Assembly: GCA_905182255.1 (NCBI GenBank)
Contig: CAJJAH010000002.1
Coordinates: forward strand, 12,069 to 76,068
Reading direction: 5' to 3'
DNA: 64,000 nucleotides
From: Cryomorphaceae bacterium BACL11 MAG-121001-bin54
GTDB lineage: Bacteria; Bacteroidota; Bacteroidia; Flavobacteriales; BACL11
A model generated the notes under the pieces. That model did no database searches. It was given only the letters and a program-made list of their open reading frames with translations, and was not told where the DNA came from. Of this stretch, positions 7,750 to 18,293 are shown one piece after another; position 1 is the stretch's first letter, and each line of letters starts with the position of its first letter. The position numbers were made by a program, and so were the translations under genes.

Positions 7750-7887
7750 AGTTTTATAAATATATCTACCTAAAGTAACTGAAAAAAATAACTATTTGGG
7801 AAATGCTATTTATTGTTGTCCTTTCATGATTATTAAAAACTAACAACTAATAACTTATAACCAGTAAGTATTTTCTATTTTTACAAA

Positions 7888-8661
7888 ATGATTATAGAAT
7901 TTTACAAATATCAAGGTACAGGAAATGATTTTATCATGATTGATGATAGAGAAAAAGAATTCGACCTTAGCGATAATAATTTGATTGCTGCACTATGTGA
8001 GAGAAGAATGGGAATTGGTGCTGATGGTTTAATTTTATTGCGTGAGCATGAAACCCTTGATTTTGAAATGATTTATTTTAATTCTGACGGAAAGCAGTCT
8101 AGTATGTGTGGAAATGGAGGTAGATGCATAGTTGCCTTTGCTCAAATGTTAGAAATGATTGAAAATGAAACTACTTTTATGGCAATTGATGGTCAGCATA
8201 AAGGTAGATTAATGTATGATGGTATTTATTTACAAATGCAAGACGTTAATCAAATTGAAGGTGTCGGTGATGGCTTAGTATTAAATACCGGATCTCCTCA
8301 TTATATTGAAATGGTTGATGATTTGATGAGTATTGATATTTCTAAACAAGGTAGAAAGATAAGAAATTCATTGCCTTTTAAAAAGGATGGAATAAATGTT
8401 AATTTTGTTTTGGATGCTAATGATTTACAAGTACGTACTTATGAAAGAGGTGTTGAGGAAGAAACATTAAGCTGTGGTACAGGCGTAGTTGCTACAGCTA
8501 TAGCTATGCACTATGCAAAATGTATTGAAGAAAATCTGGTGAATATTAAAACTAATGGGGGAGAGCTGACTGTGAGCTTTGAAGAGTTTAATGGTGGTTA
8601 CCGTAATATTTGGTTGAGTGGAGAGGCTAGTATGGTTTTTGCTGGCGAATTTGCATGTTAG
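7888..8661 (+). CDS. dapF: Diaminopimelate epimerase
   Basis: KYQGTGNDF, GIGADG, MCGNGGRC, TYERGVE.ETLSCGTG. Confidence 0.97.
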   Translation: MIIEFYKYQGTGNDFIMIDDREKEFDLSDNNLIAALCERRMGIGADGLILLREHETLDFEMIYFNSDGKQSSMCGNGGRCIVAFAQMLEMIENETTFMAIDGQHKGRLMYDGIYLQMQDVNQIEGVGDGLVLNTGSPHYIEMVDDLMSIDISKQGRKIRNSLPFKKDGINVNFVLDANDLQVRTYERGVEEETLSCGTGVVATAIAMHYAKCIEENLVNIKTNGGELTVSFEEFNGGYRNIWLSGEASMVFAGEFAC

Positions 8662-9122
8662 AATCTTCTCTAATAAGTCTTAGGACTTTAGAAATTAATG
8701 ATTTAGATTTTCTATTTTCATTAGAAAATGATAAATCAATTTGGTCCGTTAGTGGTACAACTGAACCTTATTCACTAGAACAACTTGCAAACTACATAAC
8801 TCATGCAACTGAAGATATTGCTATTTCTGAGCAATTTAGATTTGTGATTGATTGGAATGGAAAAGCAATAGGTTGTATTGATTTGTATGATTATAATTTT
8901 AAAAAGAAAAATGCAGCTGTAGGAATAGTTATTCTTAAAGAATATAGAAAAAAAGGTTTTGCTAAGCAGTCACTTACTTTACTTGTTAAGTACGCTTGGG
9001 ATAAATTAAATTTGAAGCAATTGCGTACAGAAATTTCTTCTTCTAATAAAGAAAGTTTAGCTTTATTTCATTCCGGAGGTTTTGAGATGGTGCGACATAA
9101 TAATTATATTTTGAATAGATGA
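8655..9122 (+). CDS. GNAT family N-acetyltransferase (RimL/SpeG-like)
   Basis: LRTLEINDL..., IGCIDLYD, YRKKGFA acetyl-CoA motif; the usual dapF neighbour in Bacteroidota. Confidence 0.85.
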   Translation: MLESSLISLRTLEINDLDFLFSLENDKSIWSVSGTTEPYSLEQLANYITHATEDIAISEQFRFVIDWNGKAIGCIDLYDYNFKKKNAAVGIVILKEYRKKGFAKQSLTLLVKYAWDKLNLKQLRTEISSSNKESLALFHSGGFEMVRHNNYILNR

Positions 9123-10963
9123 AAACTAGTTTTTTACTATTTATTTTTTCTATCCTATTGTTTTCCTGTCAAACTGGAGAGGTAAGTAATTATACTGAAT
9201 ATTTAAATCACAATGATACTGTTAAGTATGTTGGTAAACAGGAGTGCAGGGCTTGTCATGCTGAAATCTATGATTCTTATATGCAAACAGGAATGGGGAA
9301 ATCTTTTCACTTCGCAACAAAAGAACATTCGGCTTTAACCGGTACTGAAATGCCAATTATTAATGATACTATTAAAAATTTATCTTACAAACCATTCTGG
9401 AAAAATGATAGTCTATATTTGAAAGAATTTCGAATAAAAGGCAATGATACTACTCATCAACTCATCAAAAAAGTAAATTATAAAATAGGAAGTGGACAAC
9501 ATACAAATTCTCACTTATTTGAAATTAATGGCTATTTACATCAAATGCCATATACTTATTATACCCAAAATAAAATTGCAGATTTACCTCCAGGATTTGA
9601 AAATGGAAATAATACACGTTTTTCACGTGAAATTGGTTTAGAGTGTATAAGTTGCCATAATTCCTACCCTGATCATGTTGATGGCTCACTTAACAAATAT
9701 GATGCTATACCTAGCGGAATAGATTGTGAAAGATGTCATGGGCCAGGCGAGATACATGTAAAACAAAAGTTGGCGGGTAATATTATTGATACTTCGAAGT
9801 ACATAGATTATTCAATTGTAAATCCTAAAAGATTACCATTGGATTTACAGTTTGATGTCTGTCAAAGATGTCATTTACAAGGTACTGCAGTATTGGCTAA
9901 TGGAAAAACATTTACTGATTTTAAACCAGGTAAGCATTTAAATGATGTGATGGATGTCTATCTGCCAAAGTATGAGAATGAAGAGTCATTCATAATGGCT
10001 TCTCATGTAGAAAGATTAAAGCAAAGTGCTTGTTTTAAAACAGCTGAAATAACTTGTATTACATGCCATGATCCACATAATAGTATAAATAATGTATCCA
10101 CAGCCTATTTTGATAACAAATGTATGCAATGTCATAGTGATTGTAAAGACGAGCAAACTCAAAATTGCACTTCTTGCCACATGTCAACGTCAACAACCAC
10201 TGACATACAGCATGTAAGTATTTCTGACCATAAAATATCAATTCCTTCAACTATTAAAAAGAAAAAAGGAAAATTCTTAGGATTGTTTGCCATTAATAAT
10301 GATTTTCCAACTAATTTATCTAAAGCAAAAGCTTATTTAAAGCGTTTTGAAAGTTTTGAGCAAAACCCAATCTACTTGGATAGTGCATTAGTTTATCTTA
10401 ATCTAACAACAATTGACTTCCCTGCTTATATTCAATATTTTTATCTTAAGAATGATGCTAAAGGTCTAGTGAATTTTGTAATGAGTAATACTATTGATAG
10501 TCTAATGTATAAAAAGAGTGACTTGGCATTGGCTTATAGTAGAATGGCTGAAATGTTCGCGTTAAAAAATTTGACATTGGATGCTAAAAGTTATTATGAT
10601 AAGTCAGTTTATCTAATGCCGTTTGTAATAGACTACAAGTTAAAGCTTGGAGCTTTTCTAATTGATAATAATCAAATAATGGCAGCTAAGGTAATTTTTG
10701 AAACTGCATTAGCACTTAATCCAACTCATAAAGAAATACACCTTAATCTAGGATATATATATATATTACAGCAAAATTTTATATTAGCAGATTTGTATTT
10801 GAAACAGGCTATTGCTTTAGATCCTGATTATATATTAGCATATGAAAATTTAGTTCTTTGTGCGCAAATTCAAAATAATTTGATAAATGTAAAAGCGTAT
10901 TTAAATAAAATTTTAGAAATTGTCCCAGATTACAATTCTAGTTTAATTTTAGAAAACCTTTAA
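9119..10963 (+). CDS. Multiheme c-type cytochrome lipoprotein with C-terminal TPR repeats
   Basis: Lipobox LLFSC; seven CxxCH motifs (CRACH, CISCH, CERCH, CQRCH, CITCH, CMQCH, CTSCH); TPR-like ALALNP..., AIALDPDY. Confidence 0.85.
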   Translation: MKTSFLLFIFSILLFSCQTGEVSNYTEYLNHNDTVKYVGKQECRACHAEIYDSYMQTGMGKSFHFATKEHSALTGTEMPIINDTIKNLSYKPFWKNDSLYLKEFRIKGNDTTHQLIKKVNYKIGSGQHTNSHLFEINGYLHQMPYTYYTQNKIADLPPGFENGNNTRFSREIGLECISCHNSYPDHVDGSLNKYDAIPSGIDCERCHGPGEIHVKQKLAGNIIDTSKYIDYSIVNPKRLPLDLQFDVCQRCHLQGTAVLANGKTFTDFKPGKHLNDVMDVYLPKYENEESFIMASHVERLKQSACFKTAEITCITCHDPHNSINNVSTAYFDNKCMQCHSDCKDEQTQNCTSCHMSTSTTTDIQHVSISDHKISIPSTIKKKKGKFLGLFAINNDFPTNLSKAKAYLKRFESFEQNPIYLDSALVYLNLTTIDFPAYIQYFYLKNDAKGLVNFVMSNTIDSLMYKKSDLALAYSRMAEMFALKNLTLDAKSYYDKSVYLMPFVIDYKLKLGAFLIDNNQIMAAKVIFETALALNPTHKEIHLNLGYIYILQQNFILADLYLKQAIALDPDYILAYENLVLCAQIQNNLINVKAYLNKILEIVPDYNSSLILENL

Positions 10964-10964
10964 A

Positions 10965-12035
10965 TTGAAAAGACAAAGAAAATTTAAAAAAAAATCATCA
11001 TTCCGTAAATTCATAACTGCTTTTTTTGTTCTAGTAATAATTGGTTGTATTGGAATGGTTTATGAATTATATTCAAGAGTATATCAACCCAATATAGTGC
11101 TAAATGATAATTCCGAAAAATATATTTATATTCCAAGTAATTCAGAGTTTCCAGATGTTGTAAAAGTACTATTAGAAAATGGATTATTGATAAATGCTAA
11201 TTCTTTCGAATGGTTAGCAAAACAAAAAAAGTATGATACTAATATTAAATCAGGTAGATATAGAATTAATAGGGCATTAAATAATAATGATTTAATTAAT
11301 TTATTGCGTTCAGGCAAACAAACACCAATAAAAGTTACTTTTAATAATTTAAGAAATATAGAACAATTGGCGGGTAGGATTGCTAGTCAAATTGAGGCTG
11401 ACTCTTTATCAATTATTAATTATATTACTGATTCCATATTCTTAGATAAATTAAAACTCAACACTGAAAATGTTGCTTGCTTATTTATTCCAAATACTTA
11501 TGAGTTTTATTGGAATACATCTGTAGAGGGTTTTGTGAATAGAATGATAAAAGAGTATTCAAATTTCTGGAATTCTTCTCGAAGTAAAAAGGCAACTAAG
11601 ATTAAACTTAATTATTATCAGGTTGCTGTCTTGGCTTCAATTGTAGAAAAAGAACAAAGTATAAAAAGAGATGAGCGCCCTGAGATAGCAGGATTATACC
11701 TCAATAGGTTGAAAAAACAAATGAAGTTAGAATCAGATCCAACTCTTATTTTTGCAATAGGTGATTTTACAATAAAGAGAGTTTTGAATAAAGACAAAAA
11801 AGTTAAATCTCCTTATAATACTTATAAAAATAAAGGTTTACCTCCAGGTCCTATCTGTATTCCATCTATTAATGCAATCGACGCTGTTTTAAATGCAAGT
11901 GAACATAAGTATATTTTTATGTGTGCCAAAGAAGATTTTACTGGTTACCATAATTTTGCTAAAACCTATTCAAAACATTTAATAAATGCGCGTAAATATC
12001 AAAAGGCATTAAATAAGCGTAAAATAATGCGTTAA
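10965..12035 (+). CDS. mltG: Endolytic transglycosylase MltG (YceG)
   Basis: N-terminal TM; LASIVEKE; L.SDPT; SPYNTYKNKGLPPGPI. TTG start. Confidence 0.95.
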   Translation: MKRQRKFKKKSSFRKFITAFFVLVIIGCIGMVYELYSRVYQPNIVLNDNSEKYIYIPSNSEFPDVVKVLLENGLLINANSFEWLAKQKKYDTNIKSGRYRINRALNNNDLINLLRSGKQTPIKVTFNNLRNIEQLAGRIASQIEADSLSIINYITDSIFLDKLKLNTENVACLFIPNTYEFYWNTSVEGFVNRMIKEYSNFWNSSRSKKATKIKLNYYQVAVLASIVEKEQSIKRDERPEIAGLYLNRLKKQMKLESDPTLIFAIGDFTIKRVLNKDKKVKSPYNTYKNKGLPPGPICIPSINAIDAVLNASEHKYIFMCAKEDFTGYHNFAKTYSKHLINARKYQKALNKRKIMR

Positions 12036-12078
12036 TTATATAAATTTGCATCCCTTTAAAACTTAAAAATCAAAGAAA

Positions 12079-13479
12079 ATGACTAAAATTAGATTTGGAA
12101 CAGATGGCTGGAGAGCTATTATTGCAAAAGAATATACTACTGATAATGTAGCAAGAGTAAGTATTGCTGTATCTGATTGGTTGAAGGAAAACAGTAAAAA
12201 TCCATCTGTAGTTATAGGGCATGATTGCCGATTTGCTGGTGAGCTTTTTGCTGAAACAGCTGCAAAAGTGTTGGCAAGTAAAGGTGTTTTAGTAAAATTA
12301 GCAAAAGGTTTTGTTTCTACTCCTATGGTTTCGCTAGGCGTTGTTAGTGAAGAAGCATCATTAGGGGTTGTAATTACAGCTTCACATAATCCACCAAGTT
12401 ATAATGGATATAAACTAAAAGGTGATTTTGGAGGACCTTTACTTCCTCATGATATTACTGCTGTTGAAAATAAAATTCCAGATGAAAATTCAGTTGATTA
12501 TAATGCAATAAGTATGAAGGATTTAGTAGCTAAAGGAAAAGTGATTTATGTTGATTTAGAAGAGATGTATTGTAAACATGCAAAGGCTAATTTTGATTTG
12601 GAGGCTATCCGTAGTTCTGATATGAATTTTGCTTATGATGCAATGTTTGGATCAGGTATGAATGTTGTAAAACGTTTGTTACCAGAAGCTACTTTATTGC
12701 ATTGTGATGAGAATCCAGGATTTTTAGGAATTGCTCCTGAACCTATTCATAGAAACTTACAAGAGTTTTCTGATTTGATGAAAAATAATTCTTTGGATTG
12801 TGGTTTGGCTACTGATGGTGATGCTGATAGAATTGGGCTTTATGATAGCAAAGGAAATTTTGTAGATTCTCATCATATCATCCTTTTATTAATTCACTAC
12901 ATGGTGAAATATAAAGGAATAAAAGGTAAAGTGGTCACTGCATTTTCATGTTCAGTAAAAGTAGAACAAATGTGTAAGTATTACGGTTTAGAGCAAGAAA
13001 CAGTTCAGATAGGTTTTAAGCATATTGCTGGTAAAATGATAACTGAAGATGTAATGTTAGGAGGGGAGGAATCAGGTGGTATTGCTATTACAGGTCATAT
13101 TCCTGAGCGTGATGGGATTTGGATGGGATTAATCTTGTTTGAATTTATGGCGAAATCAGGAAAATCACTTGAGGATTTAATAGCAGAGGTATATGATATT
13201 GTAGGTGAATTTGCTTTTGAACGTATTGATTTACATATTGATAATGATACTAAATTAAGAATTATTGAAGATTGTAAGGCAGGGAAATTCACTCAGTTTG
13301 GAAAATATAAAGTGGATAGAATTGAAACGACTGATGGTTTTAAGTTCTTCTTTGATGAAGATACTTGGCTTATGATTCGCCCTTCGGGTACAGAGCCTGT
13401 TTTACGTACTTATGCTGAGGCTTCAGCTCAAGAAAAAGTATTTGATATTTTGGCTGATGCCAAAGCGACTATCTTGTAA
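12079..13479 (+). CDS. Phosphoglucomutase/phosphomannomutase family protein
   Basis: FGTDGWR, TASHNP, DGDADR, GGEESGG, RPSGTEP; promoter TAAATTTG at 12041-12048. Confidence 0.95.
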   Translation: MTKIRFGTDGWRAIIAKEYTTDNVARVSIAVSDWLKENSKNPSVVIGHDCRFAGELFAETAAKVLASKGVLVKLAKGFVSTPMVSLGVVSEEASLGVVITASHNPPSYNGYKLKGDFGGPLLPHDITAVENKIPDENSVDYNAISMKDLVAKGKVIYVDLEEMYCKHAKANFDLEAIRSSDMNFAYDAMFGSGMNVVKRLLPEATLLHCDENPGFLGIAPEPIHRNLQEFSDLMKNNSLDCGLATDGDADRIGLYDSKGNFVDSHHIILLLIHYMVKYKGIKGKVVTAFSCSVKVEQMCKYYGLEQETVQIGFKHIAGKMITEDVMLGGEESGGIAITGHIPERDGIWMGLILFEFMAKSGKSLEDLIAEVYDIVGEFAFERIDLHIDNDTKLRIIEDCKAGKFTQFGKYKVDRIETTDGFKFFFDEDTWLMIRPSGTEPVLRTYAEASAQEKVFDILADAKATIL

Positions 13480-14394
13480 ATGAATCATCTGTTTCTAATA
13501 TTATTTTGTTTCATTTTTATTACTCTTTCAGCTCAGGATTTGAAAACACCTACTTATCAGTATAACGATTTGAATTTAGACTTACCAAGTAGGGTCGACA
13601 AGAAAAAGAGAAACATCTTGCTAATTTCAGAAGCATCTGTTTACACAGGAGCTTTATTAGGTTTAAATAAGCTTTGGTATTTTGAATATCCTAAAAGTAG
13701 TTTTCATTTTATTAATGATAATGGAGAATGGCTACAAATGGATAAATTAGGTCATATGACGACCTCTTACCATAGTGGTGTTGCTGGTATCAAGGCTTAT
13801 AAATGGACAGGTATGAAGCGAATAAATGCGATTTGGTATGGTGGTTTGACTGGTACATTTTTTTTAACAATTATAGAAATTTTGGATGGACATTCTAAAC
13901 AATGGGGTGCGTCTTCAGGAGATCTAATAGCTAATACTACAGGTTCTTTATTAGCAATTGGTCAAGCTCTAAAGTGGAATGAGCAAAGGATACAAATAAA
14001 ATACTCTTACTCTCCATCTGAGTGGGCAAGTGAAAATAGTAAGCAGCTTGGAGAAAACCACTTGCAAAGGGCTTTAAAAGATTATAACGGACAAACGTAC
14101 TGGTTATCGCTTAACCTAAAGTCCTTATTTGACATTCAAACTACCAATTTCCCTAAGTGGTTAAATGTTGCATTAGGACATGGTGCTGATGGAATGGTTA
14201 CTGCTTATCAAAAAGAAAATGATTCTCAAAGAAATAGACAGTTTCTGCTTTCATTAGATGTTGATTTAACAAAGGTAAAAACCAAAAGCAAAATATTGAA
14301 TACAGTTTTACATTCTTTTGGTTTCATAAAATTCCCTATGCCAACTTTAGAGCTTAGTAATGGAAAATTACATGCACATTCAATATATTTCTAA
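13480..14394 (+). CDS. DUF2279 / YfiM-like secreted or outer-membrane protein
   Basis: FHF.ND..EWLQMDK.GH, IEILDG.S..WGAS.GDL.AN, DYNGQTYWLS. Confidence 0.8.
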   Translation: MNHLFLILFCFIFITLSAQDLKTPTYQYNDLNLDLPSRVDKKKRNILLISEASVYTGALLGLNKLWYFEYPKSSFHFINDNGEWLQMDKLGHMTTSYHSGVAGIKAYKWTGMKRINAIWYGGLTGTFFLTIIEILDGHSKQWGASSGDLIANTTGSLLAIGQALKWNEQRIQIKYSYSPSEWASENSKQLGENHLQRALKDYNGQTYWLSLNLKSLFDIQTTNFPKWLNVALGHGADGMVTAYQKENDSQRNRQFLLSLDVDLTKVKTKSKILNTVLHSFGFIKFPMPTLELSNGKLHAHSIYF

Positions 14395-14900
14395 TGCAGT
14401 TTAAACTTGGCGATAAAATTCTTTTCAAAACTGAAAATCATAAAGGAAAAATAGTTAAAATTAATTCTGCCTACAAAGTGACTGTACAGACTGAAGATGG
14501 TTTTGAGATTTTAGCTTTTGTAAAAGATTTAGTGAAAGTTGAAGTAAATACTGATAAGGCCTTGGCTTATGGCAATTACTTTCATATGAAGGATAAGAAT
14601 AATAAGTCAAGTAATTCCTTTAAACGAGATAAAAGTTCTACCATTTTAAAGATCGATTTACATATTGAACTTTTAATTGGTAGTTATCAGTATTTAGATA
14701 ATTTTGAAATTGTTCAGATTCAATTAAATGAGTGTCATTTAAAAATTGAAAAGGCATTAAATAGCAATTATCAAAAACTAATTATTGTACACGGAATAGG
14801 TGCTGGCAGCCTTAAAACTGAAGTGCATAAATTATTACGTAATTATAATTTACGCTTTTATCTGTCTAAGGATGCTGGTGCTACAGAAGTAATGCTTTAG
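14394..14900 (+). CDS. Smr/MutS2 C-terminal domain protein
   Basis: KIDLHIE and IIVHGIGAGSLK Smr motifs; KOW-like N-terminus. Confidence 0.85.
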   Translation: MQFKLGDKILFKTENHKGKIVKINSAYKVTVQTEDGFEILAFVKDLVKVEVNTDKALAYGNYFHMKDKNNKSSNSFKRDKSSTILKIDLHIELLIGSYQYLDNFEIVQIQLNECHLKIEKALNSNYQKLIIVHGIGAGSLKTEVHKLLRNYNLRFYLSKDAGATEVML

Positions 14901-14902
14901 TG

Positions 14903-16402
14903 CTATTTATTATTACCTAATCTTCCAATTATTTCAACAATTTGAGAGTGCGAAATTCTTTTAGCAATTATCTTTTTATCTGCATCTAATAAATAAATAA
15001 CAGGAGTAGAGTAGATATCATATTTATCTCTCCAATCACTACTTGCTACAGGATTTCCTTCTTCATCATGATTGATATCTGAAACATTAATCCAATCACC
15101 AGTTTGTTGATTATTGATGAATTCCTTCCATTCTTTTTTATCAAATTCCGTTGCAACTGCAAAGGTTTCTATATTATAGCCAGAAGAGATTAATGAATCT
15201 ACATCATGCTTTATTTTAGGTATTTCTTCTTTACAATGACCACATGTAGGACCATAAAATACTAGAACTGTATAATCAGAATCAATTTCTGAAAGAGTAT
15301 GAGGAATTCCTAATGTATCCTTCATAAATGCAGTTCCGTAAGCTATAAACTCAGTAGCCTTTCTCCCTATTAGATTAGGTGCAATTTTTTGTGCTCTATC
15401 TTGTAATTTAACTAACTGGGTTGAATCCACCCAATCACATTGATTAGTAATATAGTATTTTTCTACCATGTGAACAAAAACTGCATCCATACCCATTATT
15501 TTTGAACGTTCATAAGTTGATGTAATGTAGGAGACAACATATTGAAAAATGTCCTTATTTTCTTTTGAAAGTTCAATGAGAATATCTGCAGAAACATTGA
15601 TTGAGTCAGGTTGTTTAGCAGTCATTTTATCAAGATATTGATCCATTTTATTAAAAAATATTGGAGTTCTTAGAATTCTCGAATCTGTAAAATCAATATT
15701 ATCCCAGAAATGTTTTTTTGAATAACGATAAGGAAAACTTTTGTCCGGATTTCCATCACTATCTAAAGGAGATTCTGGTATTTCTATTTGTTGATTAGCT
15801 TTTAGAAATTTACTAAAAAATGTTTTTGAATGTTTAGTAATAAAATCGTTAGTATACTCCTTAACAGAAGTGTTTATATTAGAAATTTTACTTTCTATTA
15901 TTTTTCTATCATTATTGTCTAATGAATCAAGTTTATCAGAAAGTTTATTTCTAATCTGTAATTTAGCTTGAATAAATGATTGATATTCTGTAGCAATTGT
16001 ATTGTCAATTGAATTTTCAAAATTTATTGTATTATCAAAATCTTTTATATCAAAAGAGAATGTAAAATTTTGATTCGTAATAAAAAGTGGAAGAAGCATT
16101 CCACCTGTTTGAGGATCAAATATGAAATACATACCCTCATCTAAAGTTGAAATTTTTTTAAATAATATTTTATTATTTATAACTAAGGAGGTGTCAATTG
16201 CAAAGCTTTGAGTACCCTCAAATGTGGCTCGATAAGATGCTAATATAAGTGTATCTTGAGTGCTTTCCAGATTTTTTATATGACCACTTATAGAATAACC
16301 TATTGGTTCAGTAACAACTTTATTTTTACCAAATTTACTTTGAGAAAAAGAAAGTGATGTTATAGTCAAACTAAAGATTAATAATAAATTTATTTTTTTC
16401 AT
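14903..16402 (-). CDS. Secreted thioredoxin-fold (TlpA/redoxin) protein with DUF5106-like middle region
   Basis: Signal peptide from MKKINLLL (likely start 16402); HFWDNIDF..RILRTP; FYGPTCGHC; YSTPVIYLLD. Confidence 0.8.
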   Translation of the reverse strand: MKKINLLLIFSLTITSLSFSQSKFGKNKVVTEPIGYSISGHIKNLESTQDTLILASYRATFEGTQSFAIDTSLVINNKILFKKISTLDEGMYFIFDPQTGGMLLPLFITNQNFTFSFDIKDFDNTINFENSIDNTIATEYQSFIQAKLQIRNKLSDKLDSLDNNDRKIIESKISNINTSVKEYTNDFITKHSKTFFSKFLKANQQIEIPESPLDSDGNPDKSFPYRYSKKHFWDNIDFTDSRILRTPIFFNKMDQYLDKMTAKQPDSINVSADILIELSKENKDIFQYVVSYITSTYERSKIMGMDAVFVHMVEKYYITNQCDWVDSTQLVKLQDRAQKIAPNLIGRKATEFIAYGTAFMKDTLGIPHTLSEIDSDYTVLVFYGPTCGHCKEEIPKIKHDVDSLISSGYNIETFAVATEFDKKEWKEFINNQQTGDWINVSDINHDEEGNPVASSDWRDKYDIYSTPVIYLLDADKKIIAKRISHSQIVEIIGRLGNNK

Positions 16403-16453
16403 TTTTTTTTTTAAGATTACAAAATTAAGAATTGAAACGAATTTCACAAATAA

Positions 16454-17329
16454 CTATTGCCTATTTTTTATGTAGCCATCTAAAAAAACTATTCCAATAA
16501 TAACACAACTACCAAAATAGAAAGAGCTGCTCATTAATTCATTATCACCAAAAATTATTAATGCAAAAATGATACTATATACTGGTTCAAGATTTATTGC
16601 CATTATTAATGAATAAGGAGTTATGTGTCTCATAATTTCTGTTAACCAAACAAAAACCATTGCAGTGCAAAGTGTTCCCAAAATAACAAGATATGATAGA
16701 TCAGTAACAGATATTTTAGTTGTAAATACTGTATAGTCTTGTTGGAAAAATAAAATGCAACTAATAATTATTACACCTGAAAGCATCTCAATCATTGTAA
16801 TTTTGGCAGCTTCAACCTTATTAATATACTTTGCGTTAAATAAAGTAAATAGAGTAGCTAGTAAGGCTGCAATAATACCATAAAAATATCCCCAAAAATA
16901 TTTAGTTTCAGTGCCCATAATAAATGCTAATGCTAGGACAACTAATACACTCATTATTACTTCATAAAAAAGAAATTTTTTTTTGAAAAAAAAGGGCTCA
17001 ATCAATGCTGAAAATAAAGAGGAGGTAGCTAAACAAACTACAGCTACTGATACAGTGGATACTTTTATTGATTCAAAAAAGCATAACCAATGAAAGGTAA
17101 CTAAAGCACCAACTCCTAGAATGCCAAAAAAATCTTTCTTACTAATACTAAATAATTGTTTTTTAAAAGCTAAAAAAATAGCAATACTTACAAAAGCAAT
17201 TCCCATTCTGTACCAAACTAAATGAATTGCACTTAATGAAATTAATTTCCCAAATACTCCAGTTAAACCGAGTATAATTACCATTAAGTGTAATGAAGTT
17301 AGTTTATATTTTTTTAATATGTTATACAT
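16454..17329 (-). CDS. EamA/DMT family transporter
   Basis: About ten TM helices; LVWYRM and AINLEPVYSI motifs. Confidence 0.9.
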   Translation of the reverse strand: MYNILKKYKLTSLHLMVIILGLTGVFGKLISLSAIHLVWYRMGIAFVSIAIFLAFKKQLFSISKKDFFGILGVGALVTFHWLCFFESIKVSTVSVAVVCLATSSLFSALIEPFFFKKKFLFYEVIMSVLVVLALAFIMGTETKYFWGYFYGIIAALLATLFTLFNAKYINKVEAAKITMIEMLSGVIIISCILFFQQDYTVFTTKISVTDLSYLVILGTLCTAMVFVWLTEIMRHITPYSLIMAINLEPVYSIIFALIIFGDNELMSSSFYFGSCVIIGIVFLDGYIKNRQ

Positions 17330-17369
17330 GAATTAAATTGATAATTTTGTGCAATAATACAATATAACA

Positions 17370-18107
17370 ATGAAGATAATTATTTCTCCAGCTAAAAAAC
17401 TTGCTAATGATAATTTTATAAATACTGGAACATCTAATCAGTTCTTAAAAGAGACTAATTATTTAATAAAGGAATTAAAAACCTACTCAGTAAATGATAT
17501 AAAAATATTAATGAAATTAAGTTACAAACTAGCTCAATTAAATTGGCAGAGGTTTCAAGATTGGAATTCTGAAGGTATTGGACAAGCTTTGTTTATGTTT
17601 AAAGGAGATGTTTACAAAGCTTTGAAAGCTGAAACACTTAATGAAAGTGAACTAGATTTTTCACAAGAAAATCTAAGAATTTTATCTGGATTATATGGTT
17701 TATTAAAGCCAAAAGATTTGATTTATCCTTATCGTTTAGAAATGGGTACAAAGTTGAAAACAAAATCGGGAAATAATTTATATAAATTTTGGGAAAATAG
17801 ATTGCATAATGCTTTATTATTAGAATTAGAAAATGGAGAAGAAATTATTAATTTAGCTTCAGAAGAATATAGTAAGGCATTACAAATTAGCAAGTTTAAA
17901 AATCCTGTTATCACTCCTGTATTTAAGGATTTTAAAAATGGAAAATTGAAGGTAATTTCCTTTTTTGCTAAAAAAGCTAGAGGGGAGATGGTAAATTTTA
18001 TTATTAAAAATAAAATAAACAAATCAGAGAATTTAAAATCTTTTTCAAATTTGGGTTATCAATTTAGCGAAGAAACTGAAAAAGGTGAATTATTATTTAC
18101 TAGGTAA
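17370..18107 (+). CDS. yaaA: Peroxide stress protein YaaA (DUF328)
   Basis: MKIIISPAK, LSGLYGLLKP.D.I.PYRLEMG, NLASEEY, AKKARG. Confidence 0.95.
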   Translation: MKIIISPAKKLANDNFINTGTSNQFLKETNYLIKELKTYSVNDIKILMKLSYKLAQLNWQRFQDWNSEGIGQALFMFKGDVYKALKAETLNESELDFSQENLRILSGLYGLLKPKDLIYPYRLEMGTKLKTKSGNNLYKFWENRLHNALLLELENGEEIINLASEEYSKALQISKFKNPVITPVFKDFKNGKLKVISFFAKKARGEMVNFIIKNKINKSENLKSFSNLGYQFSEETEKGELLFTR

Positions 18108-18138
18108 ATTTTATTAACTTTATAATAAATATAAAACA

Positions 18139-18291
18139 ATGGTATTTAATAAAAAGTATTTTTTTAAAGTATTAGCAATTATTAATAAAGTAATTCTACC
18201 TTCTTTAATTACTAAAGATTTATCTAAACTTGTTTGGTACGAAAAATTAATTTTAGGATATAGGTATTGGATTACAAAAAATTGCTTGTAA
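18139..18291 (+). CDS. Small 50-aa protein absent from the ORF track
   Basis: MVFNKKYFFKVLAIINKVILPSLITKDLSKLVWYEKLILGYRYWITKNCL; A-rich start context; fills the gap between yaaA and the convergent gene; resembles, from memory, a small Bacteroidota family (FK.LA.INK.ILPS...G.RYW.TKN.L). Confidence 0.7.
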   Translation: MVFNKKYFFKVLAIINKVILPSLITKDLSKLVWYEKLILGYRYWITKNCL

Positions 18292-18293
18292 TT

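Noticed and set aside
16402-16412. 11-nt T/A homopolymer at the start of the redoxin gene as a phase-variation tract
   Set aside because: It is the A-rich initiation context immediately upstream of, and including the A of, the likely ATG. This is typical of Bacteroidota, and a length change would not shift the frame.
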